Below the pieces are notes generated by a model that worked only from the letters and a program-made list of their open reading frames with translations, was not told where the DNA came from and searched no databases. From NCBI GenBank assembly GCA_903832025.1, contig CAIKZY010000058.1, forward strand, positions 3,527-67,526: DNA of 64,000 nt, read 5' to 3'. Position numbers and translations under genes: made by a program. The stretch is from an uncultured Actinomycetes bacterium. GTDB lineage: Bacteria; Actinomycetota; Actinomycetes; S36-B12. Within the stretch, counting starts at the first letter, position 1; every line of letters begins with the position of its first letter. Of the stretch, positions 57,431-64,000 are shown piece after piece.

Positions 57431-58581
57431 CACGGCCGAGCCGCTGCCGCCGCCCCCACTTGGGCCGCAAAGTTCTGCCATGTCGGGATATCGGCGCTAT
57501 CGATCGTGGCAGCCAGTTCCGCCACCGCCAACGGATCGGCGAGCTGGGTGAACACCGCGGACAATCCATCGGAGGAGATCTCATCCACGCTGACTGCGCC
57601 ATGGCCTCGCATCAGCTCACCGGCGGGCTGAATCCCCTCGAACACCACCGGAGTGTGCAGTTGCAGCGCCTCCAGCACCGGAATGCCGTATCCCTCGATT
57701 CCCACGGAGAGGAAGATATCGGCGCGATGCAGCTGGTCGTAAACCACCGCATCGTCTGCATGGCGGATCCATTCGATTGGCAGGCCCTGGGCAATTGCCT
57801 CCTCGATGCCGTCATTGATACCGGCGTCTGAGGCGGACGGCTTGCCAACGAACACCAACTCCGCGTTCGCGCCCTCGGCAATGGCCTGCGCAAACCCTGC
57901 CACGATTTCCAGGGGCTGCTTCCTGGCTTCCATAGTGCCCACGCGCAGGAATCGAATCGGCATGCCAACCCCGCGGGCGATCGCCGGGCGAGCTTGGATG
58001 TGATCACCGCCGGGGTGCGCAATGACCGTGGACAGGTGCCGGTCCCTGCGGAGCCTGGTCATGACCTCCTGCGCGGCGTAGTCACTGATGCAGATCACGG
58101 TGTCGACGCATGCAAGGAGACGGAAATACTCGCTAACCCATGCCGATGTGCCCGGAGCGAAGCGATAGTTGGCCGGCTGGGTCATCGGCAGTGCGTCATA
58201 TCCGATCATTGATGTCGGCATGCACCGGGCGAATGTGTTCAAGCGCTGCAGCACGCTGGGAAGGTACGTCACCTCCGGCAGCAGCCAACGATCATGAATC
58301 GCCAACAGGTCCCCGAAGCCAACCGTCGGTGCCGGCAGGCCTATGAGGTATTCGCTCACCAGGTCTCGTATGTCGGTATCAGCAGGTCGAGCTGCGAATG
58401 GCAGCGCCAGCAGGCCATCGGCCATCTGTGGGGTCAGGAGCAAGAAGCGATCACCGCGGGGCACGATGAATGTGGCCGGGATGTCGTCCGGCCAGTTGCG
58501 TGCGAGCTGCCACAGCACCCGCTGAATGCCTGATCCATATGGATCGGTCACGAATTGCTCGATATCGATGCCGACGTTCAT
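57430..58581 (-). CDS. Glycosyltransferase family 4 (GT-B)
   Basis: MNVGIDIEQFVTDPYGSGIQRV and the C-terminal SVGIEGYGIPVLEALQLHTPVVFEG. ATGA overlap with the upstream gene. Confidence 0.8.
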   Translation of the reverse strand: MNVGIDIEQFVTDPYGSGIQRVLWQLARNWPDDIPATFIVPRGDRFLLLTPQMADGLLALPFAARPADTDIRDLVSEYLIGLPAPTVGFGDLLAIHDRWLLPEVTYLPSVLQRLNTFARCMPTSMIGYDALPMTQPANYRFAPGTSAWVSEYFRLLACVDTVICISDYAAQEVMTRLRRDRHLSTVIAHPGGDHIQARPAIARGVGMPIRFLRVGTMEARKQPLEIVAGFAQAIAEGANAELVFVGKPSASDAGINDGIEEAIAQGLPIEWIRHADDAVVYDQLHRADIFLSVGIEGYGIPVLEALQLHTPVVFEGIQPAGELMRGHGAVSVDEISSDGLSAVFTQLADPLAVAELAATIDSADIPTWQNFAAQVGAAAAARP

Positions 58582-61500
58582 GACAGCCGTTCCAGGATGG
58601 ACAGCAGTTGCTCTGCGTACACCGCAGGGGACTTCTCCTGCAGATACTTGCGGCGCATGGCCTCCCGATCGTCCAGCGGCACCGGCTGCGCGAGTCGATG
58701 CTCAATGGCCTCGGCCACCAGCAGTGAGCTGACATCGTCCGGTATTGCGTCGATGAAATCCGGGGTGTCAACATCCACGGCAAGGCCTCGGCTCCCAATA
58801 CCCGGGGTCCCATACGCAGCCATATCGGCAAGGGGACCGCTGACGCCAAGGAATGGGCTCACGCGCAGTTGAATGCCCAGGTCGACACCCATGATGTAGT
58901 CGCGGTACTGGGCATCGGTGACGAACCCGGTGATCGCGAAATGCGCCAGGCCTGCGGCTTTGGCCTGCTCATTGAGCATCTGAGCAATAGCAGGCTCAGC
59001 TGCACCGACGAGGTGGAGATGAACGCGGTAACCCCATTGCGTCAGCCAGGCCCCGGCCTCAACGATCACATCAACGAGTTTGGTGCGCACGTCGACGAAC
59101 CCGAAACTTGCAAGATGAATCTCGCCACTTGCCATGCCCAGGCGTTCACGCGCGGCTGTGCGTGCTGACTCGGTGATCTGCTCGAAAGCCGGTGCGCGGT
59201 ACGCAGCGAAGGGCAGTTGCCACGGCCTGACGCCAGTCTGCCGCTCGATCATGGCTGCACTGGTCGGTGAATGCATCACCAGCGCCTTGGCCAGGTGGGC
59301 AACCTCCCACATTCCCGCATTCTGCAACAGCCGCATGTCGTCCAGTTGCTCGTCAAACGCTGGGATGATCGCTCGATCACGCTGGCCTCGCGTCATCACC
59401 TGTTCCGCACCTCCACGGCCGCGTAAGGCGGCGTAGAACTCGATCATGCGGGTGTCATGAGCAATAGCGACGCTGTCCGTGGACCGCAGGACGTCCAGGA
59501 ATGGGATGTGAAAGTGACTGTTGCCCAGGATCGAGACGACAACATCTTCGGTACTGGGGCCGCACAGCAACGCATCGACCGGGCGCGATGAGTACTGACT
59601 GTCCACGCGGGCATCCGCCGTGGTGTACAGGGTCAAATCGCAGATCTGTCGCAACTCGTGGCCGATGGCTGCACTGAAATCCGCGATTCCTGAGCGTTGC
59701 GGTGGCCACGGCGTCGCCATGCCGACTCGAAGGGCAGGTGCTGACAGGTGTACCTGTGCTGGGGGTACTGCGAATGGCTTATCCGCGGGCCGGTCCCCGA
59801 GCTGCTGCGACCGAGCCTGATGTGGCGATGACTGTTGGGGTGGTTCCTGCTGCGGCGAAGCCTGATGTGCATCGACGCTATGGGTCACACCCTGTCGGGC
59901 AACGACCAGCTGTGCCAAGACCGACTCCAACTGATGGTGTTGGTGCTGCAGGAGCCTGGTGCGCTGCCGGATGTATCCCCGTCGTGTTCCGGCGTATCGG
60001 CGGATCGCCTTGGCAACGTGTTGGAGGTTCGCCGGGTTGACCAGGTATGACCCGCCACCAAGGAGCTCTCGATGTGCCGGAATGTCCGATGCCACCACGT
60101 TGGCACCGCTGGCGATCGCCTCGATCACCGGAAGGCTCAGCCCCTCATCAAAGCTGGGGACCAGCACCACCGATGCCCGGCGCAGTGTGTCGCGCAGCTC
60201 CTGGTCGGTGAGTCGGCCAGCCGTTCGGCACTCACCCGGTCGCATCGCCGCGTGGATGCTCCAGTGATGGACCCTGGTGTCCTGCCCTGCCATCCCGATG
60301 ACCAGCACATCGCGTGGATCGGAACTGCCTGCGGTGGCCAATGCGATCGCTGCGAGGGCTCCATAGGTGTTCTTGCGTGCTTCGTCGCCGGTCATCACCA
60401 CGATCGGGCCGTCTGGGACACCTGCTGAACTGGCAAGCTCGGATGCGAGGTCTGCGGGCCACGCCACCGTGGATTGCACCGTGGGACGCTGCAGGACTTC
60501 AGCAAGCTCACGTTCGACTCCCTGGGAGATGCACACGTATTCGTCGTACCGGCGCAGGGCATCTAGGGCAGAGGCATATTCCGCGCACGCACCTGCTTGA
60601 GCGAGGTACACGCTGGGAAAGTGCCGGGGAATGAAGTCATACACGATCGCGACCTTGTGGGCGTTGCTGTCCAGGATCGACAGCAGCGGTTGCATCGTGG
60701 CGGTCATGGGCGAAGGCTCGATCAAGACCGCGTACTGCGGCACGCTGGATGCAGGGATGTGCGCGACCTGTGCGCAGTCACCGACCAGGTCAGCCGGCAA
60801 TTCCTCAAGGCGCGGATCGATCAGCAGCGTGATGTCGTGGTCTGCAACCGACGTTCGGATGCCCCGCAAGGCAGCGTTGGCAAAGCGGCCGATGCCTCTG
60901 CTCCCAAATGCCGGAATCTGCAGGCACCGTGCATCCACCAGCACTTTGCTGCCGGTGATCGGTGGCGCTGATGCGTGCGTGGTGGCCAACTGTGTGCGCA
61001 CGCGCAGTGCCGCGATCGTCCGGCCCAACTCATCGTCATGATTATCCATCCGACGGCGCAACAGGTCATCAGTGTCATACGGCTCGGCATCCAGCCACTG
61101 CTCAACCTGGCCGACCTGTTCTGATGACAGTGGTTGAAGCTCGAATCCGGTCCTGGGCAACGAGGGCATAGCCTCGGCATTGACCCAGCCCACCGAATAT
61201 TCCCTGGGCTCACCCAGGAATGCCTGATCCACCAAGTTCGCGTAGTTTGCCGTGACGTGCCGGCCGTGGCGGGCGCGAATAACTCGACGCTGAATGGGTC
61301 CAGGCAGTGTGGCGGCCGCTCGGCGAGCCATGTGCTGACCCCTGCGGGCCACCTTGGCCACCACTCGGGTGTACTTCCACGAGCGTGAACCTTCCACCCC
61401 GATCAACGCTGCGCGCAATTCAGCGATCTGCCGCTCGTACTCGCTGACAGGAACCGCGGTGACAACATCATGCAGGATGAGCTCACGCTGCCAGGCGTTC

Positions 61501-62252
61501 TTGTGATCGGCCGCGTTGGACTGGCGCACCAGATTCGCCGTCGCCTCCTGGGTCCAGCCGTGGACCCCGATGTCCAAGGCATGCAGCCCCAGGGCGATCG
61601 AATCCATGAGCTCGGCATGCTCGCTGGCGACATACCAGCGATTGATGCCATCAAACGTGGCCAATGCATACCCCTTGGCAAGGAGATCGCCCTCCCACTG
61701 CGCATGACTGGGAATCTGAGTGCCGGGAAACACCGCCTCGATGCACAGCACCCACGGCCGATGGCGCTGCAGTGACAGGCCCGACAGCACCTGCGCCTCA
61801 GCGCCTTCGACATCAATGGACATGAAGTGAATCTCAGTCAGGTGGGCCCGGTCGAGCATGTCATCCAGCGGCCGAGTCGGTACTGACTGGGCGATGACCT
61901 CAAAGCCTCGCTCGCGCGCGGCGTGGGCCTCGGTTGCGTCCATGGTTCCCAGACCGGTTCCCGGAACCCGATAGAACGTCAGTTCACCGACATCTGCCGA
62001 GGCCGCCTCCTCGATCACGGTGTCCAATGGACGAAAGCGACGCAGCTCGGCGGCCAGCTGAGGATCAGCCTCGATAAGCAGTCCCCGCCACCCCATGTCA
62101 TACAGACTTGCCGTGATCGATAGATGCTGCGGCTCATTGGCACCGACGTCGACATAGGTGAGTCGGGCTCCGGGCTGCTCACTGAGTTCGGCAAAGGCTC
62201 GCCAGACGCGAATATCCTCCGCGTTCTGCGCATAGGAGACCTTTTCCCGCAT
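58578..62252 (-). CDS. 1224-aa multidomain enzyme: FkbM-type methyltransferase + helical linker + GT4 domain + Q/P-rich linker + second GT-B domain (WsaE-like)
   Basis: FkbM domain: VDVGANEPQHLSITASLYDMGWRGLLIEAD...FMSIDVEGAEAQVLSGL (about 61704..62231). Linker: YERQIAELRAAL...SRSWKYT. First GT4 domain: KVLVDARCLQIPAFGSRGIGRF...VPSFDEGLSLPVIEAIASGANVVASD (about 59994..60953). Linker: QASPQQEPPQQSSPHQARSQQ. Second GT-B domain: about 58704..59735. ATG 62252 is preferred because the listed ORF to 62603 overlaps the upstream gene. Confidence 0.75.
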   Translation of the reverse strand: MREKVSYAQNAEDIRVWRAFAELSEQPGARLTYVDVGANEPQHLSITASLYDMGWRGLLIEADPQLAAELRRFRPLDTVIEEAASADVGELTFYRVPGTGLGTMDATEAHAARERGFEVIAQSVPTRPLDDMLDRAHLTEIHFMSIDVEGAEAQVLSGLSLQRHRPWVLCIEAVFPGTQIPSHAQWEGDLLAKGYALATFDGINRWYVASEHAELMDSIALGLHALDIGVHGWTQEATANLVRQSNAADHKNAWQRELILHDVVTAVPVSEYERQIAELRAALIGVEGSRSWKYTRVVAKVARRGQHMARRAAATLPGPIQRRVIRARHGRHVTANYANLVDQAFLGEPREYSVGWVNAEAMPSLPRTGFELQPLSSEQVGQVEQWLDAEPYDTDDLLRRRMDNHDDELGRTIAALRVRTQLATTHASAPPITGSKVLVDARCLQIPAFGSRGIGRFANAALRGIRTSVADHDITLLIDPRLEELPADLVGDCAQVAHIPASSVPQYAVLIEPSPMTATMQPLLSILDSNAHKVAIVYDFIPRHFPSVYLAQAGACAEYASALDALRRYDEYVCISQGVERELAEVLQRPTVQSTVAWPADLASELASSAGVPDGPIVVMTGDEARKNTYGALAAIALATAGSSDPRDVLVIGMAGQDTRVHHWSIHAAMRPGECRTAGRLTDQELRDTLRRASVVLVPSFDEGLSLPVIEAIASGANVVASDIPAHRELLGGGSYLVNPANLQHVAKAIRRYAGTRRGYIRQRTRLLQHQHHQLESVLAQLVVARQGVTHSVDAHQASPQQEPPQQSSPHQARSQQLGDRPADKPFAVPPAQVHLSAPALRVGMATPWPPQRSGIADFSAAIGHELRQICDLTLYTTADARVDSQYSSRPVDALLCGPSTEDVVVSILGNSHFHIPFLDVLRSTDSVAIAHDTRMIEFYAALRGRGGAEQVMTRGQRDRAIIPAFDEQLDDMRLLQNAGMWEVAHLAKALVMHSPTSAAMIERQTGVRPWQLPFAAYRAPAFEQITESARTAARERLGMASGEIHLASFGFVDVRTKLVDVIVEAGAWLTQWGYRVHLHLVGAAEPAIAQMLNEQAKAAGLAHFAITGFVTDAQYRDYIMGVDLGIQLRVSPFLGVSGPLADMAAYGTPGIGSRGLAVDVDTPDFIDAIPDDVSSLLVAEAIEHRLAQPVPLDDREAMRRKYLQEKSPAVYAEQLLSILERLS

Positions 62253-62316
62253 CCCACAAGGGTAGGGGGCATCACCGCTCACCCGGCACGGACACGTGGC
62301 GGGACAAGGCAATGGC

Positions 62317-63297
62317 CTAGAAGTCCGTCCACAAGGCGTCGGGGTCATCCAGTAACCGGAGGTCTTGCTGCACCATGCGGCTTGCCATCGCGTCGAAATC
62401 AACCGTGTGACGCCATCCGAGATCCAACATCGCGGCCCGACTGTCGCCCACCAGCAGATTGGTGTCGGCCTGGCGAGCGTTTTCACTGGTGCTGACCACC
62501 AGATCCGCCCAATCCACAATCCCGGCAGCCTCAAACGCCTTGCTGATGAAGTACGACAGCCGATGGGAGATACCGGTAGCCAGCAGGTAGTCCCGTGGTT
62601 CATCAGCAGCCATCATCAACGTGGCTGCGCGAACGTAGTCCGGCGCCCATCCCCAGTCGCGGGCCACCTCGATATCGCCGAGGGTGACGTGCTCCTGCTG
62701 GCCCGCCGCGATCCGCGCCACCGCCATGGTGATCTTGCGCGTCACGAAATTCGATCCGCGCAGTGGCGACTCGTGGTTGTAGAAGATCCCGGAGGCCGCG
62801 AACAGCCCGTCATGCTCACGAGCCTGCCGCACCAGTTCCATCGCTTCAGCCTTGGAGTGCGCGTACGGGCTCTTCGGTGCAGTTTCCATGCTCTCGGTCT
62901 GGGGTGAGCGATCCACGCCTTCGAAGACCAACGCCGATGACGCCTGGAACAGGCGCGCTGTCGGCGCTGCGGCCTTCATCGCGGCGATGATGGTGCTCAC
63001 CGCACCGACATTGATTGCTCGCACCTCATCAACGTGATCCCACGAGTCCCCCGGTGCGGTGAAACCGCCAAGGTTGTAGATGAACTCCGGGCAATTGGCA
63101 CCGATGACATCGAACAGGGTTCGGTGGTCAGCCAGGTCGCATGGCACCACCGCGACACGTGGGGCATACCTGGTCAACGCGGTCGTGTCGGTACCCGGCT
63201 TGACCAGGCCGATGACGTCCAACCCTTGCTCAGTGAGCATTCGGGACAGGATCAAGCCATCCTGTCCCGCTGAACCGGTGATGAGGGCTGAAGGCAT
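62317..63297 (-). CDS. GDP-4-keto-6-deoxy-sugar reductase, Gmd-paralog type (Rmd/DmhB-like)
   Basis: ALITGSAGQDGLILSRML, SPYAHSKAEAMEL (YxxxK) and FYNHESPLRGSNFVTRKITMAVARIAAG. It lies immediately downstream of gmd. Confidence 0.65.
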   Translation of the reverse strand: MPSALITGSAGQDGLILSRMLTEQGLDVIGLVKPGTDTTALTRYAPRVAVVPCDLADHRTLFDVIGANCPEFIYNLGGFTAPGDSWDHVDEVRAINVGAVSTIIAAMKAAAPTARLFQASSALVFEGVDRSPQTESMETAPKSPYAHSKAEAMELVRQAREHDGLFAASGIFYNHESPLRGSNFVTRKITMAVARIAAGQQEHVTLGDIEVARDWGWAPDYVRAATLMMAADEPRDYLLATGISHRLSYFISKAFEAAGIVDWADLVVSTSENARQADTNLLVGDSRAAMLDLGWRHTVDFDAMASRMVQQDLRLLDDPDALWTDF

Positions 63298-63311
63298 AGG
63301 AGCACAGTTCC

Positions 63312-64000
63312 TTAGAACTGACCTTCCTTGGCGCCCTCGAGCCGAGCGATATCGGCATCCACCATGATGCGGGCGAGCTCGGGCGGATGGACAGTCGCCT
63401 GCCAGCCCAGCTTTGCCTGCGCCTTGCTGGCATCACCGATGAGCTCGTCAACCTCGGTCGGGCGCAAGAACTTGGGGTCGAACTTCACGTAGTCCTCCCA
63501 CTTCAATCCCACATGGTCGAAGGCCAAGGCCAGGAAGTCACGGATGGTGTAGGCAGTGCCGGTGGCCAGCACGAAGTCATCAGGGGTGTCGGCCTGAAGC
63601 ATCCGCCACATGCCGTCGGTGTACTCCGGGGCGTAGCCCCAGTCACGCACTGAATCCAGGTTGCCCATCCACAATTCGGTTTGCAATCCTTTGACGATAT
63701 TGGCGACCGCCAGGGTGATCTTGCGGGTCACGAATGTCTCCCCGCGGCGTGGCGACTCGTGATTGAACAACTGCCCGTTCACCGCGAACATGTCATACGC
63801 CTCGCGATAGTTCTTGGTGATCCAATAGCTGTAGACCTTCGCCGCACCGTAAGGGCTGCGCGGGTAGAACGGGGTTGTCTCGTTCTGCGGTGGGGGGCTG
63901 GCACCGAACATCTCTGAGGTGCTGGCCTGATAGAAGCGAATTGAGGTATCGGTAGTGCGGATGGCCTCAAGCAGATTCAAGGTGCTCACGCCAGTGGCCT
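63312..64000 (-). CDS. gmd: GDP-mannose 4,6-dehydratase (5' end beyond the window)
   Basis: [46 protein letters not shown] and [19 protein letters not shown]. The frame stays open to the window edge. Confidence 0.85.
   Translation of the reverse strand, partial: ATGVSTLNLLEAIRTTDTSIRFYQASTSEMFGASPPPQNETTPFYPRSPYGAAKVYSYWITKNYREAYDMFAVNGQLFNHESPRRGETFVTRKITLAVANIVKGLQTELWMGNLDSVRDWGYAPEYTDGMWRMLQADTPDDFVLATGTAYTIRDFLALAFDHVGLKWEDYVKFDPKFLRPTEVDELIGDASKAQAKLGWQATVHPPELARIMVDADIARLEGAKEGQF

Noticed and set aside
62253-62603. N-terminal extensions of listed ORFs. Affected ORFs: 58578..62603, 13828..14892, 14648..15394, 15210..16352, 19632..20609, 32990..33739, 53302..54336 and 55156..55614.
   Set aside because: The extensions overlap the 3' ends of the upstream genes. 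They translate to Cys/Arg/Trp/Pro-rich sequence unlike the rest of the protein. Internal starts that give family-typical N-termini, RBSs or ATGA/GTGA coupling are available.

Overview
GC-rich DNA, probably from an actinobacterium (inferred from the gene families, not proven). The whole 64 kb is filled by one cell-envelope glycan biosynthesis locus. I found no rRNA, tRNA, CRISPR array, transposase, integrase or housekeeping gene. I call about 55 protein-coding genes.

Sugar-nucleotide modules I can recognise:
- CDP-hexose: rfbF, rfbG and an RmlC-like epimerase.
- GDP-D-glycero-D-manno-heptose: gmhA, hddA and a fused HddC-GmhB.
- GDP-6-deoxy sugar: gmd and an Rmd-like reductase, cut by the 3' window edge.
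- UDP-galactofuranose: glf.
- UDP-xylose: UXS.
- A WecE/WecD-like 4-amino-4,6-dideoxyhexose branch.
- Part of a pseudaminic-acid-type toolkit: a PseB-like enzyme, a NeuB-family synthase and an SpsF/PseF-like cytidylyltransferase.

Around these sit about 20 glycosyltransferase domains (GT2, GT4, GT61, and GT25-like and GNT-I-like candidates) and nine polytopic membrane proteins (GT-C-like or Wzy_C). There are also one fused ABC exporter, methyltransferases and a PhyH-like dioxygenase.

Most interesting points:
1. Four polyprenyl-phosphate-sugar synthase / GT-C pairings. One is translationally coupled to glf and one to a WecE-like aminotransferase.
2. A three-member paralogous family of ~750-aa membrane proteins with their own conserved motifs.
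3. A 1224-aa FkbM-methyltransferase + dual GT4 protein (WsaE/WbdA-WbdD-like) just downstream of gmd and the Rmd-like gene.
4. Two apparently disrupted genes: an in-frame TAG in an HP-motif GT-B gene, and a 1-nt frame offset in a PIG-V-like GT-C.

Stop codons are read directly from the sequence. Start codons are best guesses from RBS motifs, stop/start overlaps and N-terminal motifs. All family assignments come from motif recognition by eye and need HMM or structure confirmation.
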